Below, in pieces: positions 1-11,645 of a stretch of DNA of 64,000 nucleotides. A program made the position numbers and the translations under genes. The notes under the pieces were generated by a model. The model did not search any database. It was not told where the DNA came from and was given only the letters and a program-made list of their open reading frames with translations. Each line of letters opens with the position of its first letter. The first letter of the stretch is position 1. The stretch comes from Candidatus Omnitrophota bacterium (GTDB lineage: Bacteria; Omnitrophota; Gorgyraeia; Zapsychrales; JANLHA01): NCBI GenBank assembly GCA_022711395.1, contig JAKLFA010000001.1:323277-387276 (forward strand). Direction: 5' to 3'.

Positions 1-2
1 TT

Positions 3-1319
3 ATGGCCAATCAGCTTGAGTTGAGCGATGAATTTTTAAGGGCGTTCCAGACCCTGGAATATTCCAAAGACCATGTCTTCATTACCGGCAAGGCCGGGAC
101 CGGGAAATCAACGCTTCTTCAATACTTCCGGGAGCACACCACAAAGAACGTCGCGATCTTGGCGCCGACCGGAGTGGCGGCGGTCAATATCCAGGGCCAG
201 ACCGTGCATTCGTTCTTTCGTTTCAAACCTGACATCACGGCGGAGCGCGTCACGCAGATCCGTTTGCGCCGTGAGGACCGCGAACTTTTCCAGGAACTGG
301 ATGCTGTCCTGATCGATGAGATCTCGATGCTGAGGGCGGATATTTTAGATTGCATTGATTGTTTTTTAAGGCGGTTCGGAAAGGACCCTAAAAAAGTCTT
401 CGGCGGGATCCAACTGATCATGATCGGTGATCTTTTCCAGCTGCCGCCGGTCGTGGCGCGGGATGAAATGGATGTTTTTCATGGCCTGTATCCAAGCCCG
501 TATTTTTTTGACGCCAAAGTGTTCAAAGGCTTTTCACTGCAATATATCGACCTTGAAAAGATCTACCGCCAGCAGGATGATTCTTTCATTGAGCTTTTGA
601 ATGCCATCCGTCATGACCAGCTGACGGATGAACATTTGACGCGGCTGAACGGGCGCTGCCGGGCCGATTTTTTTCCGCAGGAGGATGATTTCTATGTGTA
701 TCTGACCACGACCAACGCGATTGCTGACCGCATCAACGAGCATCAGCTCAAGCGCCTGGAAGGAGAGCCGTTCTGTTTTCAGGGCCGCGTTGAAGGCAAA
801 TTCGAGGACAGGAATCTGCCAACCAAAGAATTTCTGGAACTTAAGCACGGCGCGCAGGTGATGCTGTTGAACAACGATCCTTCGGGTCAGTGGGTCAACG
901 GCTCGATCGGAAGGGTCGTCTCGGTGGCCGAAGATTTAAGCGCGACGGATATCATTGAGATCGAACTCGAGGACGGGCGGGTCGTGGAGGTCGGGCCCTT
1001 CACCTGGGAGATGTTCAGGTTTCGTTATAATGAGGAAATAAAGCGTTTGGAGTCAGAGCCGGTGGGGTCGTTCGTCCAATATCCGCTGCGCCTGGCGTGG
1101 GCCGTCACCATTCATAAAAGCCAGGGCAAGACCTTTTCGAAGGTCATTCTGGATATCGGGCAGGGAGCTTTCGCGCATGGGCAGACCTATGTTGCCTTAA
1201 GCCGGTGCACCAGTTTAGAGGGGATCGTCCTAAAGAAGCCGATCCAGCGCAGGGATATTATTGTCGATCCGCGTGTCATTGGTTTTATTGAAAGTTTGGA
1301 GCACAAGCTGGCCAAATGA
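3..1319 (+). CDS. PIF1-family 5'-3' DNA helicase (AAA_30/RecD-like ATPase)
   Basis: Walker A GKAGTGKST near the N-terminus, then helicase motifs ILAPTGVAAVNI and DEISM. C-terminal WAVTIHKSQG block typical of Pif1/RecD-like helicases. Full 438 aa ORF starting at nt 3. Confidence 0.8.
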   Translation: MANQLELSDEFLRAFQTLEYSKDHVFITGKAGTGKSTLLQYFREHTTKNVAILAPTGVAAVNIQGQTVHSFFRFKPDITAERVTQIRLRREDRELFQELDAVLIDEISMLRADILDCIDCFLRRFGKDPKKVFGGIQLIMIGDLFQLPPVVARDEMDVFHGLYPSPYFFDAKVFKGFSLQYIDLEKIYRQQDDSFIELLNAIRHDQLTDEHLTRLNGRCRADFFPQEDDFYVYLTTTNAIADRINEHQLKRLEGEPFCFQGRVEGKFEDRNLPTKEFLELKHGAQVMLLNNDPSGQWVNGSIGRVVSVAEDLSATDIIEIELEDGRVVEVGPFTWEMFRFRYNEEIKRLESEPVGSFVQYPLRLAWAVTIHKSQGKTFSKVILDIGQGAFAHGQTYVALSRCTSLEGIVLKKPIQRRDIIVDPRVIGFIESLEHKLAK

Positions 1320-1386
1320 GCGCCCGGGCCCAAGGTTTTCATTTACATTTGGAATTATTGATATTAAGATATTTCTACGCTTTTAA

Positions 1387-2679
<1,293 letters not shown>

Positions 2680-2711
2680 GCTGTTGCCTGACAAAAGCAG
2701 GAGGTCCCTTT

Positions 2712-5700
2712 TTGGGTGCGACGATCCGAAAATACGCTTTTTTTGTTACTGTTGTTCTTTTTGTGTTCGCGGATTGTTCCGTGAGCTTGGCGCATGGCCC
2801 GGTCTTTCATATCGGCATCATATCGCATGAAAAAAGCGAAGAGGTCCGCAAGGCTTGGCAGCCGACCGCAGAGTATTTAACTGAATCCATTCCGGGGGCG
2901 ATGTTCGAGATCGTCCCCTTATCTTTCTTTGAATTTCACAAAATAACCGACCTTAATAAGCTGGATTTTATCATTTCGGACCCATTGACCTTTTTATCCC
3001 TTTCATATTTTCACAATGCCAGACGGATGGCTTCTGTTGTTAAGAAGTATAAGGGAGCGGAGTTCGACCACTATGGAGGGGTGATCATCACCCGCATCGA
3101 CAGGCGTGACATACGAACGCTCTCAGACCTCAAGGGACAAGTCTTTGCCGCGGTGGATGAGGATTCTTTGGGGGGGTGGCTGGCGGCCGTCGAGGAATTC
3201 CAGCGTAAGGGGTTCGATCCGCGGAAAGACTTCGCGAAAAAAGAATTCTTGGGTTCCAACGAAGCTGTTGTGTCGGCCGTCTTGAACGGGAGGGCCGATG
3301 CCGGGGTCTTGGAGACCGGTGTTCTTGAAAGGATGCAGGCTGCAGGAAAGATCTCTTTTGAGGATTTTAAGGTCTTGAACCGTAAGGAATTCTACGAGAA
3401 TTATGAGGGGGAATCACAAAAGATCCCTTTTCTTTCCAGCACTGAACTGTTTCCCGAATGGTCGATCGCTCAGATGCCTCATATGGAAGAGCGGGTGGCC
3501 AAACAGGTCACGCGGGCTCTTTTTGAAATACAAGGCGACCACCCCGCGGCAGTTGCTGCAGGGTGCAGCCAGTGGGTTGTTCCGCATAACCTGACAAACG
3601 TCAGGCAATATCTTTATGGGATCGGGTATTTCGGAAAGGATGCGGATTCGTGGCATTTTTGGGAAGGGTTCCGTGAAATATTAAAAGCCCACTGGAGCCT
3701 TTTTATTCTTTTTTTATTGGTCCTGACCTATTTGGCGTTCTCGTTGGTCAACCGGTTGCTGTTGACAAGGCATTTAAGGAATTCTCAAAAAATATTAGAA
3801 CAACAGCTTGAAGAGCGCTCCCGCGCGGAAGAGGCTTTGCGGCAGTCACAGAAAATGCTGCAGCTTGTGCTGGACACATTACCTTCCCGTGTTTTTTGGA
3901 AGGACAGGGCTTCTTCGTTTCTTGGATGCAACACGGCATTTGCCAGAGATTGCGGCTATGAAGTTCCCGGTGACATCATTGGAAAGAGCGATCATGATAT
4001 GCCCTGGAGCAAAGAACAATCCGAACATTACAGGTCGGACGATGAGTTCGTTATGACGACAAAACGTCAGAAGCTTGATATTCATGAGCCGCAAACCCGC
4101 AGCGATGGGCATACAGGGTGGCTGCGCACGAATAAGGTCCCTTTGCTCAATGACAAGGGCGATGTGATCGGCATTTTGGGGACTTATGAGGATGTCACTG
4201 AGCAGAGGCGGGCTCACGAGGCGCTCAAGGCCAGTGAGGCCAAATACCGTGAGCTGGTTGAATATGCCAACAGCATCATTATCCGGATCTTGCCTAATGG
4301 GGCGATCAGCTTTTTTAATGAATTCGCGCAAAGCTTTTTTGGATTCAAGGAGGAAGAGGCGATCGGAAAAACCGTTTTTCAAACCATCCTCCCGTCTGAC
4401 GGGATAGATCAAAATGAGTTTCAAGAGATTCTGGAAGATATCCGTGTGCATCCTGAAGCGTATTCCTGGCATGAAAATGAGAATGTGAAAAAAGACGGAA
4501 GCAGGGTTTGGGTTTCATGGTCCAATCGAGGCGTTTTTAACGACAAGGGAGAGATGATCGAGATCCTGTGTGTTGGGACGGATATGACCGACCGCAGGAC
4601 CATGGAGATCGAACTCCGTAAACTTTCCCATGCTTTGGAACAAAGCCAGAACGTGGTGATCATTTCTGATACACAGGGCAATATTGAATATGTCAATCCC
4701 AAATTCACCGAGGTGACCGGCTATAGCAGGGAAGAAGCCATAGGAAAGAATCCCCGTATTTTGAAATCCGGAGAACAGTCGGAGGATATCTATAAGGAAT
4801 TGTGGACAACGATCAAGGAAGGCGGAACATGGCGCGGGGAGTTCCATAACCGAAAGAAGAACGGCGACCTGTTCTGGCAGAGGACGACCGTTTCAGTGAT
4901 CAGGAACAAAGAAGGCGATATTGTTCATTACCTTTCCATTAATGAAGATATTACTAAGGAAAAAGAACTTGCCCAGGAACTGCAAAAGGCTTTTGAGCGT
5001 TTAAAGGAAATGGAGAGGATCATCAACTTGAGCAACGCGATCCTTTTTTTGTGGAAAGACACTCCGGACTGGGAGATGGATTTCGTTTCTGACAACGTCA
5101 ACCATTGGGGATATCAACCGGAGGAATTTTATAAAAGGAAAATGAACCTTAAAGGGATCGTTCATCCTGAAGATCTTATTTTCTTGGAAGAGGAGGTCCG
5201 CCGGGCGGTCAGCAAAAAAAGATCAGAGCTTTTTGTGCAGCACAGGGTGCGGACCAGGGCGGAAGAGTTCCGCTGGGTTGAGAATTACACTTGGATCACG
5301 TATGACAAAAGCGGGCGCGTCAAAAGGTTCCAGACCGTGGCTTTTGATATCACCGAACGCAAGATCGCCGAGGACCGGATGCTGGAGGCGATTAATATAA
5401 AATCTGAATTTATTTCGGTTGTTTCTCATGAGCTGCGGACCCCGCTTACAGCGATCAAGGAGGGCATCAACATTGTCGTGGAAGAAGAGGCCGGCGCGCT
5501 TAACGACCGTCAAAAGGAATTTTTGGGCATTGCCAAGCGCAACGTTGATCGTCTGGGGGCGCTGATCAATGATGTTCTGGATTATCAAAAGCTGGACTCC
5601 GGAAGAACGCAGTTCCATTGGTCCGTGGGAAGCGTGCGTCCGGTCATTGAAGAGGTGGCGAGGAGCATGACCGTGGTCGCCCAGAACCGCGGCCTGCAAC

Positions 5701-6077
5701 TGCGGACCGTGATCGGGGACAATCTGCAGGACGTGAATTATGATTATGATCGCATTATTCAGGTCTTGAATAACCTTGTGAACAACGCGATCAAGTTCAC
5801 TCAAAAAGGGTTCGTTGAGATCGTTGCTGAGAATGATGCGGAGGGGGTAAAGGTTTCTGTGAAAGACACAGGGGTGGGAATACGCTCGGAGGACCTGCAC
5901 CGGTTATTTCAAACATTCAGCCAGGTGTCTTCCGGGTCTAACCGTCGAACGGGAGAGAGCGGGCTGGGGCTGGCGATTTCCAAGCGTATTATTGATCTGC
6001 ATGGGGGACGGATCTGGGTGAACTCCATTTTTGGCGAGGGGAGCGTATTTTCTTTTGTATTACCGCCTACGAAGTAA
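2712..6077 (+). CDS. Multi-PAS sensor histidine kinase with periplasmic PhnD/SsuA-like solute-binding domain
   Basis: TTG start with GGAGG RBS. N-terminal TM helix, periplasmic type-2 PBP-like domain and a second TM helix. Coiled coil and several PAS/PAC blocks follow. HisKA H-box SHELRTPLTAI and HATPase_c G-boxes DTGVGI and GLGLAI. No receiver domain. Confidence 0.85.
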   Translation: MGATIRKYAFFVTVVLFVFADCSVSLAHGPVFHIGIISHEKSEEVRKAWQPTAEYLTESIPGAMFEIVPLSFFEFHKITDLNKLDFIISDPLTFLSLSYFHNARRMASVVKKYKGAEFDHYGGVIITRIDRRDIRTLSDLKGQVFAAVDEDSLGGWLAAVEEFQRKGFDPRKDFAKKEFLGSNEAVVSAVLNGRADAGVLETGVLERMQAAGKISFEDFKVLNRKEFYENYEGESQKIPFLSSTELFPEWSIAQMPHMEERVAKQVTRALFEIQGDHPAAVAAGCSQWVVPHNLTNVRQYLYGIGYFGKDADSWHFWEGFREILKAHWSLFILFLLVLTYLAFSLVNRLLLTRHLRNSQKILEQQLEERSRAEEALRQSQKMLQLVLDTLPSRVFWKDRASSFLGCNTAFARDCGYEVPGDIIGKSDHDMPWSKEQSEHYRSDDEFVMTTKRQKLDIHEPQTRSDGHTGWLRTNKVPLLNDKGDVIGILGTYEDVTEQRRAHEALKASEAKYRELVEYANSIIIRILPNGAISFFNEFAQSFFGFKEEEAIGKTVFQTILPSDGIDQNEFQEILEDIRVHPEAYSWHENENVKKDGSRVWVSWSNRGVFNDKGEMIEILCVGTDMTDRRTMEIELRKLSHALEQSQNVVIISDTQGNIEYVNPKFTEVTGYSREEAIGKNPRILKSGEQSEDIYKELWTTIKEGGTWRGEFHNRKKNGDLFWQRTTVSVIRNKEGDIVHYLSINEDITKEKELAQELQKAFERLKEMERIINLSNAILFLWKDTPDWEMDFVSDNVNHWGYQPEEFYKRKMNLKGIVHPEDLIFLEEEVRRAVSKKRSELFVQHRVRTRAEEFRWVENYTWITYDKSGRVKRFQTVAFDITERKIAEDRMLEAINIKSEFISVVSHELRTPLTAIKEGINIVVEEEAGALNDRQKEFLGIAKRNVDRLGALINDVLDYQKLDSGRTQFHWSVGSVRPVIEEVARSMTVVAQNRGLQLRTVIGDNLQDVNYDYDRIIQVLNNLVNNAIKFTQKGFVEIVAENDAEGVKVSVKDTGVGIRSEDLHRLFQTFSQVSSGSNRRTGESGLGLAISKRIIDLHGGRIWVNSIFGEGSVFSFVLPPTK

Positions 6078-6121
6078 TATAATAACTGCACAAGAAAAGA
6101 GCCAAATGAGGGAGGGTATTT

Positions 6122-6496
6122 ATGGGAGTTAAGATCTTATTGGTCGATGATGAGCCGGATATTCAGCAGATCTTAAGCGCTCGGTTGCAAAGTGCGGGTT
6201 ATCAGGTTGTTTCCGCTGAAAGCGGTGAAGAGGCATTGCTGTTAGTGGCAAAGGAATCTCCGGACGTGGTGCTTTTGGATGTCATGATGCCCGGCGTCAA
6301 TGGTTTTGAAGTGTGTGAGCAGTTGAAGAGCAGGAACCCGTTGTGGAAAGTTGTTATGTATACAGCAAAAATGGATGGGGTAGACGCGGCCCGGGCCAGG
6401 CAGGTGGGAGCCGATGATTTTACTGTTAAGACCTCAGATTTTAAATATCTGCTTGAGACAATTGAAAAAGTTCTGAATTCGGAAGAGGCTCATTAA
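6122..6496 (+). CDS. Single-domain response regulator (CheY-like receiver)
   Basis: ILLVDDEPD, DVVLLDVMMPGVNGFE (phospho-Asp) and conserved Lys. 124 aa with no output domain. Sits immediately downstream of the sensor kinase. Confidence 0.85.
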   Translation: MGVKILLVDDEPDIQQILSARLQSAGYQVVSAESGEEALLLVAKESPDVVLLDVMMPGVNGFEVCEQLKSRNPLWKVVMYTAKMDGVDAARARQVGADDFTVKTSDFKYLLETIEKVLNSEEAH

Positions 6497-6614
6497 GTGT
6501 GTCAATAGGCGCCCTCAAAAGGGATTGTTCGTAAAATCACCTTATAATACGTTCTTTTTCTAAAAATTTATCCATTTTTTCAAAAAATCCACAATATCTA
6601 AGTATAATTACGTA

Positions 6615-6643
6615 TTGACACACTATATATTGTGTGTATGATG
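6615..6643 (+). promoter_or_regulatory. Putative sigma70 promoter (TTGACA-16-TATGAT) overlapped by an NrdR-box-like palindrome acactatatattgtgt
   Basis: TTGACA at 6615-6620 and TATGAT at 6637-6642. The 16-mer at 6620-6635 matches the published NrdR box consensus acaCwAtATaTwGtgt at every position. It lies upstream of nrdD. Confidence 0.45.
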
Positions 6644-6707
6644 GTATGTATCAACACGTGTTAATGATGTCTTTTTCCGCTACGATTTCCAACCAAAGGA
6701 GGAGACT

Positions 6708-8816
6708 GTGGGGCCAACCGCAACGATCACCAAGATTGTCAAACGAGATGGACACGCCGAGGATTTCAACCCGCAAAAGATCACAACCGCTATTTTAAAG
6801 GCCGGCCGTGCCACAGGCGAGTTTGATGAAGCGATCGCTAAAAATCTCACGTTGCGTGTGTTGAATATTGCGCACCAATTGATTGCCGAACATGCTCTTA
6901 CCGTCGAGGAGGTTCAGGATATCGTTGAAGAGGTCCTTTTGACATCTCCTTACCGAAAGACCGCCAAGGCCTATATCCTTTACCGCGACCAGCATGCCAA
7001 GATCCGTGAGATCACATCCCGCAGCCAGGTCGGGCTTGTTGATCAGTACCTCGAGAGACTAGACTGGAAGGTCAATGAGAATAGCAACATGTCCTATTCT
7101 CTGCAGGGCCTCAATAACTATATATCGACGGAAGTCACGAAAATTTATTGGCTCAATAAGATTTATCCTCCTGAGATCCGGGAAGCCCATATCAACGGAG
7201 ATGTTCATATTCATGATCTGGGGCTGTTGAGCGTCTATTGCGTGGGATGGGACCTGCAGGACCTTTTGACGCAGGGTTTCCACGGCGCTTCAGGCAAGAT
7301 GGAATCTTGCCCGGCGAAACATTTCCGCACGGCTTTGGGACAGATCGTGAACTTTTTCTATACTCTTCAGGGGGAGGCTGCCGGGGCCCAGGCATTCTCG
7401 AATTTTGACACACTTTTGGCCCCGTTCATCCGCTATGATAATTTAGGGTATAAAGAAGTCAAACAGGCTTTGCAGGAATTTGTTTTTAACGTGAACGTCC
7501 CGACACGCGTGGGATTTCAGACGCCGTTCACCAACCTCACCCTGGACCTGACGGTCCCGAGTCATTTGGCTGACCAGGCCGTGACCTGCGGCGGGGTCCT
7601 GCAGAAAGAGACCTATAAGGAATTCCAGGCGGAAATGGACCTCTTGAACAAGGCGTTCCTGGAAGTGATGCTGGAAGGGGATGCCAAGGGCCGTGTTTTT
7701 ACATTTCCGATCCCGACGTATAATATCACAGAGGATTTTGATTGGGATAATCCGAATATTGAATTGCTTTGGAAGATCACGGCAAAATACGGGATCCCTT
7801 ATTTTGCCAATTTCGTTAATTCGGACATGAGCCCGGATGACGCCCGCAGTATGTGCTGCCGCCTGCGCCTTGATAACCGCGAATTGCGCAAACGCGGGGG
7901 CGGGCTCTTCGGCGCGTCGCCGCAGACAGGCTCGGCCGGTGTCGTGACGATCAACCTTCCCCGTCTGGGATACCTGTCAAAGAACGCGGAAGAGTTTTAC
8001 AGCCGCTTGGAGCAGCTGATGCTGATGGCCAAGGAAAGTCTGGAGATCAAGCGCAAAGTCCTTGAAGAATTCACCGAAGCGGGGCTTTATCCGTATTCGA
8101 GGTTCTACTTGCGCAATGTGAAGAAGCGGTTGAACCAGTACTGGAAAAATCATTTTTCCACGATCGGTTTGGTCGGCATGAACGAGGCTTGCGTGAATCT
8201 TTTTGGTGAGGATATTTCATCCGAAAAGGGGCAGAAATTCGCCGCTGATGTTCTGGACTTCATGAGGAACAAGCTGGTCCAGTATCAAGAGGAGACCGGG
8301 TCAAATTATAACCTTGAAGCGACCCCGGCAGAAGGTGTTTCTTACCGCATGGCCCGCATGGATAAGGATAAGTATCCGGAAATGGCCTGCGCCAATGAGG
8401 CGGAGTTTAAAGCGGGGAAAGAGCCGTTCTATACGAATTCCACCCATCTTCCGGTGAATTACTCTGATGATATTTTTGAGGTTCTTGATATCCAGGATAA
8501 TCTGCAGAGCAAGTATACCGGAGGGACCGTTCTTCATATTTTTGTGGGAGAACGCATCCAGGATACGGAGGCGCTCAAGCAGTTCATCAAAACGGTCTGT
8601 CATAGATACCGTATGCCGTATTTCACGATTAGCCCGACCTTCAGCGTTTGTCCGAGCTGCGGGTATATCGCCGGGGAACATATGCTTTGCCCCAAGTGCG
8701 AGGATGAATGTGAGGTCTATTCAAGAGTGGTCGGCTATTTGAGGCCGGTCCAGCAATGGAACAAAGGAAAACAGCAGGAATTCGGCTGCCGTAAAACATT
8801 CAAGGTATGCGCATAG
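6708..8816 (+). CDS. nrdD: Anaerobic ribonucleoside-triphosphate reductase (class III RNR) with N-terminal ATP-cone
   Basis: GTG start with AAAGGAGGAG RBS. ATP-cone KIVKRDGHAEDFNPQKI. C-terminal Zn/glycyl-radical region CPSCGY...CPKC...RVVGYLRP, with the glycyl-radical Gly in RVVGY. Confidence 0.92.
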   Translation: MGPTATITKIVKRDGHAEDFNPQKITTAILKAGRATGEFDEAIAKNLTLRVLNIAHQLIAEHALTVEEVQDIVEEVLLTSPYRKTAKAYILYRDQHAKIREITSRSQVGLVDQYLERLDWKVNENSNMSYSLQGLNNYISTEVTKIYWLNKIYPPEIREAHINGDVHIHDLGLLSVYCVGWDLQDLLTQGFHGASGKMESCPAKHFRTALGQIVNFFYTLQGEAAGAQAFSNFDTLLAPFIRYDNLGYKEVKQALQEFVFNVNVPTRVGFQTPFTNLTLDLTVPSHLADQAVTCGGVLQKETYKEFQAEMDLLNKAFLEVMLEGDAKGRVFTFPIPTYNITEDFDWDNPNIELLWKITAKYGIPYFANFVNSDMSPDDARSMCCRLRLDNRELRKRGGGLFGASPQTGSAGVVTINLPRLGYLSKNAEEFYSRLEQLMLMAKESLEIKRKVLEEFTEAGLYPYSRFYLRNVKKRLNQYWKNHFSTIGLVGMNEACVNLFGEDISSEKGQKFAADVLDFMRNKLVQYQEETGSNYNLEATPAEGVSYRMARMDKDKYPEMACANEAEFKAGKEPFYTNSTHLPVNYSDDIFEVLDIQDNLQSKYTGGTVLHIFVGERIQDTEALKQFIKTVCHRYRMPYFTISPTFSVCPSCGYIAGEHMLCPKCEDECEVYSRVVGYLRPVQQWNKGKQQEFGCRKTFKVCA

Positions 8817-9508
8817 GCGGTTTTCAAAAAGTTTCGTTAATCGATTATCCCGGCAAAGTGGCGGCGGTGGTCTTCACGCAGGGGTGTAACCTTCGTTGTC
8901 CGTTTTGCCACAATACAGAACTGGTAATCCCTTCTTGCTTTCAGGAGCCTCTCTCGCAAGAAGAGATTACCAGTTTTTTAATGACCCGCGTTGGAAAACT
9001 TCAGGGCGTGGTGGTGACGGGCGGGGAGCCGACGATCCAGGAGGGGTTGGAAAGCTTTCTGCGCTCATTGAAGACCATGGGCTTTTCCGTGAAGCTCGAT
9101 ACAAATGGGACGCGCCCTGCTGTTTTGAGGAGCCTCCTTGGCAAGAACTTGCTGGATTTCATCGCGATGGACATTAAGGGCCCGCTGCACCGTTATCGGG
9201 ATATTACCGGCGTTTCTGTTGACACGGGCCGTATTTTGGAAAGTATTCACTTGATCAGAAATTGCGGGATCGAATTCCAATTCCGGACAACGATCGTTAA
9301 GCCGCTTTTGACTTCTGATGAGATCAATGATGCGGCAAGCTTGGTTTCTGAGGACATTGACCATTACAAATTGCAGCCTTTTGTTCCCCAGGACAGGGTC
9401 CTGGACCCCCGTTTGCTGGATAAGGCGCATTACACGGATGAAGATGTGGAAAGGATCGCTGATCAATGCCGGCAGATCTTAAGGCCGGCAAGCGTAGCCG
9501 CTGACTAG
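8807..9508 (+). CDS. nrdG: Anaerobic RNR activating protein (radical SAM)
   Basis: CNLRCPFCHN radical SAM motif near the N-terminus. Overlaps the nrdD stop by 10 nt, suggesting translational coupling. 233 aa. Confidence 0.9.
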   Translation: MRIGGFQKVSLIDYPGKVAAVVFTQGCNLRCPFCHNTELVIPSCFQEPLSQEEITSFLMTRVGKLQGVVVTGGEPTIQEGLESFLRSLKTMGFSVKLDTNGTRPAVLRSLLGKNLLDFIAMDIKGPLHRYRDITGVSVDTGRILESIHLIRNCGIEFQFRTTIVKPLLTSDEINDAASLVSEDIDHYKLQPFVPQDRVLDPRLLDKAHYTDEDVERIADQCRQILRPASVAAD

Positions 9509-9515
9509 CTCTTGT

Positions 9516-11153
9516 ATGAACCTTTTAAAACTTAATCAAAGCTTGAGGGAGAAAATATTTTCTCCTTTTTTTATGTCTCCGTGGCTGTTGTGGGCCGTTG
9601 TTGCTATCGGGATCTTGTTCCGTCTTGAGATCTATCTGGATAATCCTTCCTTTTGGCTGGATGAGACCTATGTGGCCACACAGATCACCAGCCGTTCTTT
9701 CAGCCAGATCTTTTTCAATTACGTTCTTTTGACCGGGCAGCCGGAAAGCCCGATGCTGTTTTCAATCCTGGCGAAATTGTCCGTCTTGATTTTCGGCAAT
9801 CATGAATTGGCCCTGCGGCTGGTCCCGTTTCTTTCATCAAGCGCGGCGCTTGTGTTGTTCGCGTTCTTTTTAAAGCGTTATTGTTCATCCGGCGTTGCGC
9901 TTTTGGCGGTCGCTTTATTCGCCTTTAATACAAATTTGATCTATTTCGCGGCGGAGTTAAAAACGTATTCCGGAGATGTTTTGACGGCGGTGGGCCTGTT
10001 ATGGTTCCTGCGCTGGAGCAGGGAGGAGAAAAATCTTGCCCTGGTCCTTTTAAGGGGCGGGTATGTCGGATGTCTGGCGATGCTTTTTTCCAATATCACG
10101 CTGTTTTTTCTGCCATGGCTGGGTATTCTGTTTTACTGGAGGGTCAAGAGAGATCCGTCCCCGCGGTTTCAGCGTTTGCTGGTTACGGTGGTTTGTTCCT
10201 GGACGATCGTGTTTCTTTATTTATATTTTTCCGTTTATAACGGAATGACGGATAACCATCCGTTGGTCGAGATGTGGAAACACCTGGGAGGGTTTTCGCC
10301 CAAGCCGTTATTAAGCGGAGGATGGTGGCTCTGGCTTGTTGAACGCTATGTGATCATGGCGCGATTCCTGCTTCCTGGGGTCTGGCCGCTTATCACGTTG
10401 ATCCTGGCCTTGGTCGGGCTCGCCAGGATCACGGAAAAGGATGCTTTCGGGGCGTTCTGTCTGGCCGGCCCGGTCGACCTTGTTCTGCTGGCGGCCATTC
10501 TGATGAAGTATCCGTTCTATGACCGCATGATCCTTTTTTTGGCGCCATGTTTTTTGTTGTGTGTTTCTGAAGGAGTCAGGGCCCTCTGGGATCAGCGATT
10601 GTCGCGGACGCTGGCCATTGTTTTGATCCCGGTATTATTGGCCTGGAGCGTGCGGGCTTCCGTGATGAATGCTCGGGGAAATGACGAAAAACACATCGAA
10701 GATAACCGGGAAGTTTTTTCTTATCTTGGACGGCACATGAGCCCGGGGGATCAGCTGGTCCTGAATAATGAGGCAGGTTTTCCATTCATGTATTATTTTA
10801 CGACCGACCTGTTCAAGCGTTTCCACCTGGAAGCGGGAGAGGCCAGGATCGAGGTGAAGTTTTTGAAAATTTTGGATTCTGAAAAGGCTTTTAGACGGGA
10901 AGGGTTTTTTTTCTATATATTTGAGAAATCGATTTTTGAACACGGATCATATAAGACATCGTTGCTGCAGCTCAAGCAATATCCATTCTCGGACCAGATC
11001 AGACCGAAGTTGGCCGGTGGAAGGACATGGATTTTGTTAAGCCATTTTAAAAAATCTTTTGGTGAGGTTTTGGACATCATGGATCGTTATGGAACGCGTA
11101 TCGGTCAGTTTGAGGCGAAGGGTGCGGGAGTTTATTTGTATGACATGCGGTGA
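9516..11153 (+). CDS. GT-C fold membrane glycosyltransferase-like protein (ArnT/PMT family-like)
   Basis: More than 10 predicted TM helices. A DE motif (FWLDETY) in the first extracytoplasmic loop, as in GT39/GT83 enzymes. Large C-terminal soluble domain. Confidence 0.5.
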   Translation: MNLLKLNQSLREKIFSPFFMSPWLLWAVVAIGILFRLEIYLDNPSFWLDETYVATQITSRSFSQIFFNYVLLTGQPESPMLFSILAKLSVLIFGNHELALRLVPFLSSSAALVLFAFFLKRYCSSGVALLAVALFAFNTNLIYFAAELKTYSGDVLTAVGLLWFLRWSREEKNLALVLLRGGYVGCLAMLFSNITLFFLPWLGILFYWRVKRDPSPRFQRLLVTVVCSWTIVFLYLYFSVYNGMTDNHPLVEMWKHLGGFSPKPLLSGGWWLWLVERYVIMARFLLPGVWPLITLILALVGLARITEKDAFGAFCLAGPVDLVLLAAILMKYPFYDRMILFLAPCFLLCVSEGVRALWDQRLSRTLAIVLIPVLLAWSVRASVMNARGNDEKHIEDNREVFSYLGRHMSPGDQLVLNNEAGFPFMYYFTTDLFKRFHLEAGEARIEVKFLKILDSEKAFRREGFFFYIFEKSIFEHGSYKTSLLQLKQYPFSDQIRPKLAGGRTWILLSHFKKSFGEVLDIMDRYGTRIGQFEAKGAGVYLYDMR

Positions 11154-11645
11154 TCATTCCGCGTCATCATCGGATTTCTTGCCTGGGGCGGGAGCCTTCT
11201 GGGCCGTGTTCTGAGGGGCGGCCTTCGGCCGAAGAGCGAGGGTTTTGATCTCCTGCAGAAAAAGTTCCGTATTGATCGGTTTGGGATGGAACCCATCCAC
11301 TCCTGCGACAAGAAAAGAGTCCTGTGTGTTGCGCCGTGCCGTCAGGATCATGATGGGGATGTCCTTGATCTCGGTGTTCTTTTTCATTTCTTTGAAAAGG
11401 CTGAACCCGTCCATTTCAGGCATTAAAAAATCGCAGATGATCAGGTCCGGAAGGGGCTTTTCTGAAAGACGGTGCCATGCCTCCTGACCGTTTGCGGCGG
11501 TAAGCACTTCAAACCCTACGTCACCCATCATTTTTCTGAGCAGTTCCGTAGTCGTCGGATCATCATCGGCGATCAGGATGCGTTTTCCCTGGCCGAAGAG
11601 GTCGGGTTTGGCTGGTTGTGCTGCGGAAGGTGATTCACTCGTCAT
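11154..11645 (-). CDS. Single-domain response regulator (CheY-like receiver) with Pro/Ala-rich C-terminal tail
   Basis: ILIADDDPT, DLIICDFLMPEMDGF and ILTA blocks. No DNA-binding domain. Convergent with the upstream + gene, zero gap. Confidence 0.8.
   Translation of the reverse strand: MTSESPSAAQPAKPDLFGQGKRILIADDDPTTTELLRKMMGDVGFEVLTAANGQEAWHRLSEKPLPDLIICDFLMPEMDGFSLFKEMKKNTEIKDIPIMILTARRNTQDSFLVAGVDGFHPKPINTELFLQEIKTLALRPKAAPQNTAQKAPAPGKKSDDDAE

Noticed and set aside
6651-6667. Second NrdR box expected about 32 bp from the first
   Set aside because: The sequence tcaacacgtgttaatga is palindromic but matches the NrdR consensus poorly. It is recorded as a separate palindrome instead.
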